Made by a program: the position numbers and the translations under genes
In this document: piece after piece, positions 1 through 8,226 of the stretch
Numbering within the stretch: the first letter of the stretch is position 1
Layout of the letters: the number at the start of each line of letters is the position of its first letter
The notes under the pieces: generated by a model
What the model saw: only the letters and a program-made list of their open reading frames with translations
What the model was told of the DNA's origin: nothing
The model's database searches: none
Origin: Rhodospirillaceae bacterium TMED23
GTDB taxonomy: Bacteria > Pseudomonadota > Alphaproteobacteria > Rhodospirillales > UBA2165
NCBI GenBank assembly: GCA_002168115.1
Contig: NHCC01000019.1
Coordinates: forward strand, 1 to 58,287
Reading direction: 5' to 3'
DNA length: 58,287 nt

Positions 1-528
1 CGTTGGAGTCGCGGTGTCGATATAGATTTATTCAAGCCGCGGAATAAAGATTTCTTGTCTGACCCACGACCGATTAGCCTCTTTGTCGGTCGCGTCGCAG
101 TGGAAAAAAATATCGAGGATTTTCTGTCATTAGATATTCCGGGAACCAAATATGTTGTTGGAGATGGTCCAGCGCTGACGGAGCTTCGAAAAAAATACCC
201 CGACGTTGTTTTTGCTGGGGTGAGGGAAGGTGAAGAATTAGCTCAATATATTGCCGCCGCCGATGTATTCGTGTTTCCTAGCCGGACAGATACCTTTGGC
301 CTGGTTTTACTTGAAGCATTGTCAAGTGGGGTTCCAGTCGCTGCCTATCCCGTTCCGGGTCCATTGGATGTCATAAACGGGTCACCTGCGGGTATCTTGG
401 ATGAAAATCTAAAAAGTGCTGTTGCTCGAGCCCTGGTCGTGCCACCATCGATATGTCGCGAACATGCATCCAAATTTTCATGGGACAATAGCATCGCCCA
501 ATTTGAGAGCAATCTTTCAGTCTTTTGA
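1..528 (+). CDS. GT-B fold glycosyltransferase (group 1/GT4-like), C-terminal portion; 5' end outside window
   Basis: Frame 1 is open from nt 1 to the stop at 526-528. FVFPSRTDTFGLVLLEALSSGVPVAAYP matches the E-x7-E C-terminal signature of retaining GT-B glycosyltransferases. Confidence 0.8.
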   Translation, partial: RWSRGVDIDLFKPRNKDFLSDPRPISLFVGRVAVEKNIEDFLSLDIPGTKYVVGDGPALTELRKKYPDVVFAGVREGEELAQYIAAADVFVFPSRTDTFGLVLLEALSSGVPVAAYPVPGPLDVINGSPAGILDENLKSAVARALVVPPSICREHASKFSWDNSIAQFESNLSVF

Positions 529-1125
529 CAGGTTCTGCGGCTCCTTAACTTCCGCAGGCGGCGTGCGTGAGGTTTTATTTCTAGATAATATTTTCTGTGC
601 CCCAAAATATCCTAGAGCACTCCCCACGACCGCGTAAGGCAAAAAACCAATTCCGACGGTGATCCCATAATTCGTGATGAGGAGCATTGCTGTTTCTTGG
701 GCGATCGAAAAGAATCTCCCCTCACCGAAATTAATAACACCCCATTGCGCTATGAAGGATTCATAACCCATGAGATCATCGCTACGGCCAAGCAGCAATT
801 GGCCGGTCAAATGAAATACAAAGTATACCGGCAGCATCGTCAAAGGGTTCGTGATCCAAACAAAAACGATCGCTACGGGAAAGCTGAACCGAAGCTCTCT
901 ATGTTGCCGAAAAATGAACCAATTAATGATGAGCAAATAGGTTTGGATGGGGAAAAAAGGCGTGAGCGACCAAAAAATCCCAATAGCAACAGCACGGGAA
1001 ATTTGATCAGCACTTTGTGACGATCTTAACATTGGGATAATTAGCTTGATATAGAACCAGCGCTTTAGCCGCTGTTTGAACGAACGTTGTGTTGTGGAAA
1101 CCTTGTTACTCGACACGTGAAACAA
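517..1125 (-). CDS. DUF2062-family membrane protein
   Basis: 202-aa ORF. ISRAVAIGIFWSLTPFFPIQTYLLIINWFIF...VWITNPLTMLPVYFVFHLTGQLLL fits the DUF2062 pattern (AiGvF.g..P..g.q........NP.T..P.y). It overlaps the convergent GT stop by 12 nt. Confidence 0.7.
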   Translation of the reverse strand: MFHVSSNKVSTTQRSFKQRLKRWFYIKLIIPMLRSSQSADQISRAVAIGIFWSLTPFFPIQTYLLIINWFIFRQHRELRFSFPVAIVFVWITNPLTMLPVYFVFHLTGQLLLGRSDDLMGYESFIAQWGVINFGEGRFFSIAQETAMLLITNYGITVGIGFLPYAVVGSALGYFGAQKILSRNKTSRTPPAEVKEPQNLSKD

Positions 1126-1126
1126 C

Positions 1127-1363
1127 TCAATTTCTCATGTGCGGGGGAATAAGGTTTTCTTCACTCTTGCGGAGCAAACGGCATTCATACTTTTTTACTT
1201 TGGCTTCAATAGGAATGCCATTTTCAACACTATGTTGAATAGGGTTTTCGGTAAATTTCTCTTTGGCAAAATTGCAATAGCTTTGTCTCGAAAACCACAT
1301 TCTGATTTTCAGATCGCTCTCCACTAAAGGGAGACTCAACCAAATTGTGAGTAACCAGCCCAT
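1127..1363 (-). CDS. hypothetical protein (coding status uncertain)
   Basis: 78-aa ORF that ends 1 nt before the DUF2062 start on the same strand (operon-like packing). No recognisable motif. An antisense ORF of similar size exists. Confidence 0.3.
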   Translation of the reverse strand: MGWLLTIWLSLPLVESDLKIRMWFSRQSYCNFAKEKFTENPIQHSVENGIPIEAKVKKYECRLLRKSEENLIPPHMRN

Positions 1364-1488
1364 ACTGACACTTTAGTTTGCGCTACACATGGTAAACCGC
1401 CGCAATGATCCATCTTATTATATTGAAAATAATCATTTTGCATGACGCTTTTGTTTCAAAAAAATGGCGTAATTGGGACAATTAAAAA

Positions 1489-1800
1489 ATGAATTATGTC
1501 TCCTTCGGGTTGCGACCTCAACCGATCAACGCAATACATTCGTTAAATTTCTCTGCCGGCGTTGCAAACTTTAGTGTCTTTCTGGGCCTTTCATTGAGCT
1601 GCCGTGGACTTGAGGTGCTGAACCAGCTCTTTCTTAAGCACACCACGGGCTTGGATAGACTATTCAAGACTTATCGTGCCACACCAGTGGAAGGTCATGA
1701 TGGGATGACAGTCGGCATTGAAGACTTTCGTACAGCAAGTGACTTGCGGCTTTATAAGATGCTCTTGCAACCTTTTCGCAAGCAAAATAACGATGAGTAA
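1489..1800 (+). CDS. hypothetical protein (coding status uncertain)
   Basis: It is the only ORF of 60 aa or more in this interval and lies 74 nt upstream of the aminotransferase gene. No motif recognised. Confidence 0.3.
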   Translation: MNYVSFGLRPQPINAIHSLNFSAGVANFSVFLGLSLSCRGLEVLNQLFLKHTTGLDRLFKTYRATPVEGHDGMTVGIEDFRTASDLRLYKMLLQPFRKQNNDE

Positions 1801-1874
1801 ACAACGTTATATAATCTAAAAACTGAAACACTAACGTCACTATTTTGTAACAATCACTTGCTATTAGCCTGTCT

Positions 1875-3599
1875 ATGAATAGTGATTACTTAATTTATAG
1901 TATAGCAGCAATCGTTGGGTTTCTTGTTGTAAGAAAAGTAATTATCAGGCTCAGACTTTCTCGGGCCAAACACCCTTCCATTCGTGGACATGCTAAATGG
2001 TCCCGCCGTATTGCAGCACTCATCCGTACATTCGACTATGATGAAGACCGTTACTACTGCAGTGATGGCGCACCGGAAAATGTTGCAAGTAGGCGCCGTG
2101 ATGCAATGATGCAGCTTGGTAATCGCCTGAGTCAGAATTCATCAAAAAGTATAGAATTCGGCGCTAGCCTCGAAGACAGTATTTCCGATGTGCGTTTTAC
2201 CAGCGCTTATCGCGTTCCCTTTCCCTACCGTAAATTGCTTGCTGAGGAATTTAAATTAGGCTCCATCGTTGAGGCGACGGATGGCGTTCAGGTTAGGGAT
2301 ATTGACGGTACCTGGCGCTACGATTTAACCGGCTCCTACGGCGTAAATGTCTTTGGTTACGATTTTTATAAAGATTGCATGGCAAAGGGCTTTGAAAAGG
2401 TAAAAGACTTAGGACCGGTTCTCGGACCTTATCACCCTTTAATCCGTGAAAATGTCGAGAAATTAAAGATAGTTTCGGGCCTGGATGAAGTGTCTTTTCA
2501 TATGTCTGGGACCGAAGCTGTTATGCAAGCGGTTAGGCTTGCGCGTTATCACACCAAAAAAACCCATCTTGTGCAATTTTGTGGCGCTTATCATGGTTGG
2601 TGGGATGGTGTTCAGCCCGGCGTTGGTAATCAGCGCAAGGTAAATGATGTTTACACGCTAAATGATATGAGCGAAGACACGGTTCGGGTGTTAGAGACGC
2701 GCAATGATATTGCATGTATTTTGATCAACCCGCTCCAAGCTCTTCACCCAAATTCAAACTCCGCGAGTGATGTATCCTTAATTGCGAGTGATCGATCAGC
2801 GCATTTTGACCGCGTAACTTACACCAAGTGGTTAAAGCAACTGCGTGAAATCTGCACGCGGCGTAACATCGTTCTTATTTTTGACGAAGTCTTTACTGGC
2901 TTTCGTTTGGGCCACCGGGGCGCGCAAGAATATTTTGGCGTTCAGGCTGATATGGTGACCTACGGCAAGACTCTAGGTGGCGGCCTGCCAATCGGTGTTG
3001 TTTGCGGGAAGCACGCTTTGATGAAGCGGTTCAAAGATGAGCAGCCCGCAAATGTGTCTTTCGCGCGGGGAACTTTTAACTCTCACCCTTATGTCATCGG
3101 TGCGATGAACGAGTTTCTGCACCGGATCGAAGCTGAAGAAATCCAGGAAATGTATCATGGCGTTGATACTCTTTGGACGACGCGGGTTGAGCAAATTAAC
3201 CTACTGTTGAAGCAAAATGATCTGCCGATTGAGTTTGCAAATATGCATTCGGTGCTAACTGTTCTTTACACCTTACCGAGTCGTTATAATTGGATGTTCC
3301 AATTCTATCTACGGGCCGAAGGATTGGAACTCAGTTGGATTGGCAGCGGTCGCATGATCATGAGCTTTAACTTCACTGATGAAGATTTTAATGAAGTGAG
3401 TAGACGCATCATTTTGGCTGCCCAAAATATGAAACGTGATGGTTGGTGGTGGCAAACATCGGGACTTAGCAACAAGTCGATAAAGCGCCTGATGTTGCGA
3501 GATTTGCTGGCGGCGCGGTTCCCTTTTTTACGCAGAAATACAAAACATGGGGCTGGCAGAAAAACCAATGCCATCGAACCAGTGGTCTCGGCTCAATGA
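1875..3599 (+). CDS. Class-III (GSA-aminomutase-like) PLP aminotransferase with N-terminal transmembrane helix and C-terminal extension
   Basis: HMSGTEAVMQAVRLARYHT, FDEVFTGFRLG and DMVTYGKTLGGGLPIGVVCG (PLP-lysine motif as in HemL DLTCLGKIIGGGLP). The N-terminus YLIYSIAAIVGFLVV is hydrophobic. At 574 aa it is about 140 aa longer than HemL. Confidence 0.85.
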   Translation: MNSDYLIYSIAAIVGFLVVRKVIIRLRLSRAKHPSIRGHAKWSRRIAALIRTFDYDEDRYYCSDGAPENVASRRRDAMMQLGNRLSQNSSKSIEFGASLEDSISDVRFTSAYRVPFPYRKLLAEEFKLGSIVEATDGVQVRDIDGTWRYDLTGSYGVNVFGYDFYKDCMAKGFEKVKDLGPVLGPYHPLIRENVEKLKIVSGLDEVSFHMSGTEAVMQAVRLARYHTKKTHLVQFCGAYHGWWDGVQPGVGNQRKVNDVYTLNDMSEDTVRVLETRNDIACILINPLQALHPNSNSASDVSLIASDRSAHFDRVTYTKWLKQLREICTRRNIVLIFDEVFTGFRLGHRGAQEYFGVQADMVTYGKTLGGGLPIGVVCGKHALMKRFKDEQPANVSFARGTFNSHPYVIGAMNEFLHRIEAEEIQEMYHGVDTLWTTRVEQINLLLKQNDLPIEFANMHSVLTVLYTLPSRYNWMFQFYLRAEGLELSWIGSGRMIMSFNFTDEDFNEVSRRIILAAQNMKRDGWWWQTSGLSNKSIKRLMLRDLLAARFPFLRRNTKHGAGRKTNAIEPVVSAQ

Positions 3600-3646
3600 T
3601 AAAAATAGATTGCGTTCAGATCACTTGCCGAGTTGAGGCATAGAAT

Positions 3647-4552
3647 ATGGCAAGTTTTATTCGCGCGCTTAGTCAACATGAGCAGATTAATTTCCTGCTG
3701 TCCAATCGCATTCCACGTCGATTGGTGACGCATTTAATGGGCTGGCTAAGCCGTATAGAAAACCCAGTTTTGGCAGAGTTTCTTATTCGGGGCTGGAAGT
3801 TTTTTGCTGATGATCTCGATTTTGAAGAATCAAAGAAAGACCGGTTTAATAGCCTACATGATTGCTTCATCAGAGAATTAAAGGAAGGTGCGCGGCCCAT
3901 TGACCCGCAGGAAGATGTTGTTACCAGCCCATGTGATGCGGTTATTGGCTGCAGTGGCAAAATCGATGGTACCACGATCTATCAGGCGAAAGGCTTCCCG
4001 TATGAACTTTCTGATTTAATGCCAAACGCCACGCACCAAGAAAAATATCATAATGGAACCTATGTCACGCTAAGACTTAAATCGAGTATGTATCATCGCT
4101 TCCATGCGCCCCTCGATTGTAACATTCGTCAAGTGACTTATATTTCTGGTGACACGTGGAATGTTAATCCAATCGCATTGAAGCGCATTAAAAAGCTTTT
4201 TTGCAAGAATGAGCGGGCGGTGATTGAACTTCTTTTGGATGGTAATGGATCCATCACCTTAGTCCCGGTGGCAGCTATTCTTGTTGCAAGTATGAAATTT
4301 CATTGTCTACCCCAGAGCCTTGATCTTACCTATGACGGGCCTAATTTATTGCCTTGCGATGCCTCCTATAAGAAGGGGGAGGAGATGGGGTACTTCCAAC
4401 ATGGCTCCACCATAATATTATTCGCGACGCCAGAATTTAAAATTTGTGATCACTTGAGAATTGGAGAAGTTATCCGTATGGGGCGACCGCTCCTAACACG
4501 AAATACATCAAACAAAATCAACGAAACGAACTGCGCGAAATCAACACTTTAG
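3647..4552 (+). CDS. psd: Phosphatidylserine decarboxylase family proenzyme
   Basis: 301 aa. YFQHGSTIILF carries the G-S-T self-cleavage/pyruvoyl motif. FHAPLDC and SGDTWNVNP are typical PSD core blocks. Confidence 0.85.
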   Translation: MASFIRALSQHEQINFLLSNRIPRRLVTHLMGWLSRIENPVLAEFLIRGWKFFADDLDFEESKKDRFNSLHDCFIRELKEGARPIDPQEDVVTSPCDAVIGCSGKIDGTTIYQAKGFPYELSDLMPNATHQEKYHNGTYVTLRLKSSMYHRFHAPLDCNIRQVTYISGDTWNVNPIALKRIKKLFCKNERAVIELLLDGNGSITLVPVAAILVASMKFHCLPQSLDLTYDGPNLLPCDASYKKGEEMGYFQHGSTIILFATPEFKICDHLRIGEVIRMGRPLLTRNTSNKINETNCAKSTL

Positions 4553-4607
4553 CTTAACAAACAATGAGGCGCTGATTGGTGTCGACATTGTTCAACAGGA
4601 GAAAAAC

Positions 4608-5222
4608 ATGACATTTCTTGAAGAACTACATCAACAGCGCTGGGACGATCATCGGTATTACCACCACAATCGGGTTAATCAATTTTTACATCTGCTAAGT
4701 GCCAGTTGTTTTTTAGCAAGTTATGTTTTGTTGTTTGTTGATCCCGTTAAGGCGGTTATGGTCGGCTGGTTGTTGGCAATGATCTTGCGTCAAATTGGTC
4801 ATTTCTTTTTCGAGCCAAAAACTTTTGACTCCGTCAACGATGCAAGCCATGAATATAAAGAAAGTATCAAAGTAGGCTATAACTTGAAGCGGAAAGTTGT
4901 CTTGCTGACGATCTGGATTCTAGCGCCAATCATGTTGTTTGATCCCTTCACAGCTAGCGTCATCGAAACGCTGACGGAACGTGCGAGTTTTGTTTACAAT
5001 ACCTCGATCATTTGGCTCATTATTGGCGTTGGTGCGGTGTTGTTCCGGACAGTGCATTTGTTCTTTTTGATGGGCATCCAATCCGGTTTGGTATGGTGTA
5101 GCAAAATCCTCACGGATCCATTCCACGACGTTAAAATATACAACAAATCACCATACTATATCCTTAAAGGGGAGATGTATGATGATATGTCTGATTGGTA
5201 CGATGATTCTGTAAAAGTTTAG
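4608..5222 (+). CDS. Mpo1-like/DUF962-like integral membrane protein
   Basis: 204 aa with 4-5 hydrophobic segments. The N-terminal YYHHNRVNQFLHLLSASCFL resembles the YH.N..N..iH motif of DUF962/Mpo1. A strong terminator follows. Confidence 0.5.
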   Translation: MTFLEELHQQRWDDHRYYHHNRVNQFLHLLSASCFLASYVLLFVDPVKAVMVGWLLAMILRQIGHFFFEPKTFDSVNDASHEYKESIKVGYNLKRKVVLLTIWILAPIMLFDPFTASVIETLTERASFVYNTSIIWLIIGVGAVLFRTVHLFFLMGIQSGLVWCSKILTDPFHDVKIYNKSPYYILKGEMYDDMSDWYDDSVKV

Positions 5223-5230
5223 GGGTTATA

Positions 5231-5270
5231 AAAAAAACGGCGACCCTTTTCATAGTGGTCGCCGTTTTTT
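5231..5270. terminator. Bidirectional rho-independent terminator
   Basis: The 8-bp GC-rich stem cggcgacc (5238-5245) / ggtcgccg (5257-5264) is flanked by A7 (5231-5237) and T6 (5265-5270). Confidence 0.85.
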
Positions 5271-5377
5271 AGAAAAATTGTGGTTTAATCGCCGTCAGCG
5301 GCGCCGCGATTTTTCCATTCGCTTAGTTTGCCTCGAATGGTTGGTAGGAAAATCAAAATGAATGAGAAAAGGATTAG

Positions 5378-5973
5378 AGCCGTTGTCATGGGGCGTTCCC
5401 ACATAAAGCTGACGCCATCTGTAAGGTTCATGGCTGGCAAGTAGTTGATGCTCTGCATGCTTATGATCACGCTGTCAAAAATGGAGCAACCCCGTATCAA
5501 GGTGATGGCAAGACTATGGATGCACCGGCAGTTATAGGTATCGGCGGGTCATTAATATACTTTTTAGATAACTACTTCGGTCAAAGCGCCTATGACGATG
5601 AATTTGACTGGATCACTAATGCTCATCCAGAGGGCGTCGGTTTCTACTATCTCGATCACCTGACCCACAATGTATTCAAGGGAAATATGGATAAGTGGTT
5701 CGCCTTCTATAGTAATCTATTCAACTTTAAAGAAATTCGCTTCTTCGATATCCAGGGCAAATTTACTGGGCTTTACAGCCGCGCACTGACCTCGACCTGT
5801 GGCCGTATCCGCATCCCGATTAATGAGGATCGTGGCGAGACAGGTCAGATTGTCAATTACCTTAAGAAATATAATGGTGAGGGAATTCAGCATATAGCTG
5901 TAGGGGCGAAGGACATCTATGCTTCGGTGGACGCCATTGCGAAAAAAGGTGTGAACTTCATGCCCGTTCCCAG
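5378..5973 (+). pseudogene. hppD: 4-hydroxyphenylpyruvate dioxygenase remnant, truncated at both ends (middle ~195 aa only)
   Basis: Frame 2 reads ...VVDALHAYDHAVKNGATPY...APAVIGIGGSLIYFLD...YLDHLTHNVFKGNMDKWFAFYSNLFNFKEIRFFDIQGKFTGLYSRAL...IRIPINED...GEGIQHIAVGAKDI...GVNFMP. This is colinear with residues ~90-265 of Pseudomonas HPPD (357 aa) as I recall it. The first ~90 and last ~95 aa are absent. The frame is closed by a stop at 5375-5377 and diverges after FMPVP. Confidence 0.75.
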
Positions 5974-6093
5974 TTCAATCTGGGTGCGATGTACTCAAAA
6001 GGAATAGGTGCTCTGCAGGATTACAAGACTGCAGTGAAGTGGTACAAACTTTCTGCAAAACAGGGGAATGCCAATGCCCAGTTCAATCTGGGT
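5969..6093 (+). repeat. One 108-bp Sel1-repeat unit bounded by identical 17-mers
   Basis: cccagttcaatctgggt occurs at 5969-5985 and again at 6077-6093. The spacing is exactly 108 bp, or 36 codons. Confidence 0.8.
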
Positions 6094-6098
6094 AATAC
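5971..6098 (+). pseudogene. Sel1/TPR-like repeat gene remnant (about one repeat), cut by the IS
   Basis: Frame 1 reads QFNLGAMYSKGIGALQDYKTAVKWYKLSAKQGNANAQFNLGN, the Sel1 consensus (LG.MY..G.GV..D...A..WY.KAA.QG). There is no start codon context. The remnant abuts the hppD remnant on the left and the IS terminus on the right. Confidence 0.6.
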
Positions 6099-6113
6099 TG
6101 TAAAGCCCCCTTG

Positions 6114-6923
6114 TTATGTACCACATTGTTGTAGAGTTTCTGGTACCGGTGGTCGCATGTTTAATGACTGGTGTGGCCGGACGTGATTGTACTGTTTGAG
6201 CCAGGTATTGATGACGACCTGGGCCTGTTTAATTGTTGAGAACCATTCAGCATTCAAAACCTCTCTTCTGAGCGTGCCATTGAAGCGTTCGTTATAGCCG
6301 TTCTCCCGTGGGCTGCCGGGATATATCTGAATGGGCATAATACCAACTTTCCTGAGCCAGGCCTGGAGATCACGGGCGATAAACTCTGAACCATTGTCGG
6401 ACCGGATGTAATGTGGCTTGCCATGTTTGAGGAAGAGAGGATAAAGCGCATCGAGCACTTCTGCATGACCCATTCTGGGCTTTGCGGTCACACATAAAGC
6501 TTCTCTGGTGTATTCATCGATGACCGTCAGCATCTTATAACTGCGACCATTGCTCAACTTGTCGTGGACAAAGTCAACGCTCCATATATGGCGGGGATAC
6601 CGGGGGCGTAATCGAATGACTGAACTGTCCTTGTGATACAGCCGTCTCTGCTTCTTATGCCAGTGGGGCAACTGCAACCCTTCTTCCCGCCACAGCCGTT
6701 CAATTCTCTTATGATTGACCTCCCAGCCTTCCATACGCAGCAACTGAGCAATCTTGCGATAGCCATAGCGACCATATTGCTTAGCCAGCCCGATCATTGC
6801 TAGACGCAAGTCTTCGTCGTCGTTCTTAACGGTGGCTTTATATCTTTGGGTGCTGCGGGATAAGCCAATCGTTTTGCAGGTCCGTCGTTCAGAGGTGTCC
6901 AGCTTTTGACGAACATAAACCAC
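6114..6923 (-). CDS. IS3-family transposase OrfB (DDE/rve core), normally made as OrfAB fusion
   Basis: The DDE triad context is WSVDFVHD, IRSDNGSEF and ENGYNERFNGTLRRE. The -1 frame stays open upstream to the slippery site at 6959-6965. Confidence 0.9.
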   Translation of the reverse strand: MVYVRQKLDTSERRTCKTIGLSRSTQRYKATVKNDDEDLRLAMIGLAKQYGRYGYRKIAQLLRMEGWEVNHKRIERLWREEGLQLPHWHKKQRRLYHKDSSVIRLRPRYPRHIWSVDFVHDKLSNGRSYKMLTVIDEYTREALCVTAKPRMGHAEVLDALYPLFLKHGKPHYIRSDNGSEFIARDLQAWLRKVGIMPIQIYPGSPRENGYNERFNGTLRREVLNAEWFSTIKQAQVVINTWLKQYNHVRPHQSLNMRPPVPETLQQCGT

Positions 6924-6924
6924 T

Positions 6925-6965
6925 GCCTGACGTAGATCGGCAACCGTCAGGCTTTGGGTTTTAAA
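6925..6965 (-). promoter_or_regulatory. Programmed -1 ribosomal frameshift signal of the IS
   Basis: On the minus strand the heptamer T TTA AAA (X XXY YYZ in the orfA frame ..TAT TTA AAA CCC..) is followed by a 6-nt spacer. Then comes a perfect 8-bp stem GCCTGACG / CGTCAGGC with a 12-nt loop. A slip to -1 reads FKTQSLTVADLRQAVVYVRQKL, running into OrfB. Confidence 0.75.
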
Positions 6966-7234
6966 TAATCGAGGCTTTCTTTAAGGATCAACTTATCTAA
7001 CTCTAGATCAGCAACAATGCGCTTCAATCGGGCGTTCTCTTTCTCCAATGCCTTGAACTCATGGAGCTTTGATTTACCCATGCCACCATAGGTCTTACGC
7101 CACTTATAATACGTCGCATCGCTGATGCCAGCGGACCGTATCGCTGTCTCAACGGTAGCTCCACCCGCCAATTCCAGTTCAATCTGGCGCAATATCCCCA
7201 ATATGTCTTCTTCTGAAAAGCGCTTCCGCGTCAT
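6947..7234 (-). CDS. IS3-family transposase OrfA (HTH)
   Basis: 95 aa. FSEEDILGILRQIE...SDATYYKWRKTYGGM...LEKENARLKRIVADLELDKLILKE shows the typical IS3 OrfA HTH plus leucine zipper. Confidence 0.88.
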   Translation of the reverse strand: MTRKRFSEEDILGILRQIELELAGGATVETAIRSAGISDATYYKWRKTYGGMGKSKLHEFKALEKENARLKRIVADLELDKLILKESLDYLKPKA

Positions 7235-7456
7235 TACAACCTCCCCAATTAACTAAAATATTCATACCACAAGTGGCTCAGTTATAGGGGGGCAGGACAA
7301 AATATTGAAGCCAGGTGCTTGCAGCATCGCAAACACGCTGCTTTAATGACAAGGAGCCGAGCTAAACTCCCCATTTGTTCGCTTGCAGGTCGGTTCCGCA
7401 AACCCTGATGGCGGACAGGACTTAAATTATTGAACAATTAAAACCAATGGACTGCC

Positions 7457-8158
7457 ATGAAAGAACCCGTCGAATACGAACTAGATGTACTTGCAGATTT
7501 GAACAATTATAATCGTTGGATTGCAGAGAGCTTTCATCCCTTTTCAAGTGGTTCTTTAATTGAATTTGGAGCCGGTATTGGCACGTTGTCCGCTCTTTTT
7601 TTACCGTATTCCAGAAAACTTACACTTGTAGAACCGTCGCCCGAACTTTTTAAAAAACTCGAAACTAAATTTGCTGCTGATAGTCAGATTACTTTAATAC
7701 AGAATTCCTTAGAACTTGCTTTTGAAAAAACCGCAGAAAAAGATTTTGATACGGCACTTTTGAGTAATGTTTTAGAGCACATTGAAGACGATCAAGCAGC
7801 ATTGCAGATGGTTTCAAAGCGCCTTCGTCCTGGCGGTCATCTCCTAGTTTTCGTACCCGCGCTTCAAGCCCTATACAGCGACTTAGACCGGGCTGTTGGT
7901 CATCATCGACGTTATCACCTACAAGATTTAAAACAAAAGGCCCAAGCTGCGGGTTTTGAAATCATAAAACTACAGTACTTTGACTGGATTGGTGCATTGC
8001 TATGGTGGCTGGCAAACATCATTTTAAAGCGAACTAATATTAACCCCAAATCTGCCAAACTCTACGACCAGGTCGGCATACCAATTACCCGTCAAATAGA
8101 ACGCCTTTTCCCACCTCCATTTGGCAAAAATATAATTCTGGTTGCGAGAAAAATATAG
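7457..8158 (+). CDS. Class I SAM-dependent methyltransferase
   Basis: Motif I is LIEFGAGIGTLS. Post-I/II blocks are LLSNVLEHIEDD and LRPGGHLLVFVPA (Methyltransf_11/23-like). Confidence 0.8.
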   Translation: MKEPVEYELDVLADLNNYNRWIAESFHPFSSGSLIEFGAGIGTLSALFLPYSRKLTLVEPSPELFKKLETKFAADSQITLIQNSLELAFEKTAEKDFDTALLSNVLEHIEDDQAALQMVSKRLRPGGHLLVFVPALQALYSDLDRAVGHHRRYHLQDLKQKAQAAGFEIIKLQYFDWIGALLWWLANIILKRTNINPKSAKLYDQVGIPITRQIERLFPPPFGKNIILVARKI

Positions 8159-8226
8159 TTAAATTTATTAAACAAATTCCAATCGAAGGTTTCTACCGTG
8201 GCGTTGATTTAAAGGAGTGCCCAAAT

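Larger units (their letters stand above)
6099..7299 (-). mobile_element. IS3-family insertion sequence (IS407-like orfA/orfB organisation), ~1.2 kb, apparently intact
   Basis: The imperfect terminal inverted repeats start TGT: 6099 tgtaaagcccccttgttatgtaccacattgt versus the reverse complement of 7299, tgtcctgcccccctataactgagccacttgt. There are two overlapping ORFs and a frameshift signal. No clear target-site duplication was seen. Confidence 0.85.

Noticed and set aside
5285-5500. 71-aa minus-strand ORF with a hydrophobic stretch, possibly a small membrane protein
   Set aside because: It lies antisense to the frame that carries clear HPPD similarity (VVDALHAYDHAVKNGATPY...). It is most likely a chance ORF inside the hppD pseudogene.
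5989-6186. 65-aa plus-strand ORF (MYSKGIGALQDYKTAVKWYKLSAKQGNANAQFNLGN...)
   Set aside because: The first two thirds are the Sel1 remnant. The rest reads through the IS3 terminus and antisense into the end of orfB. It is an artefact of the junction, not a gene.
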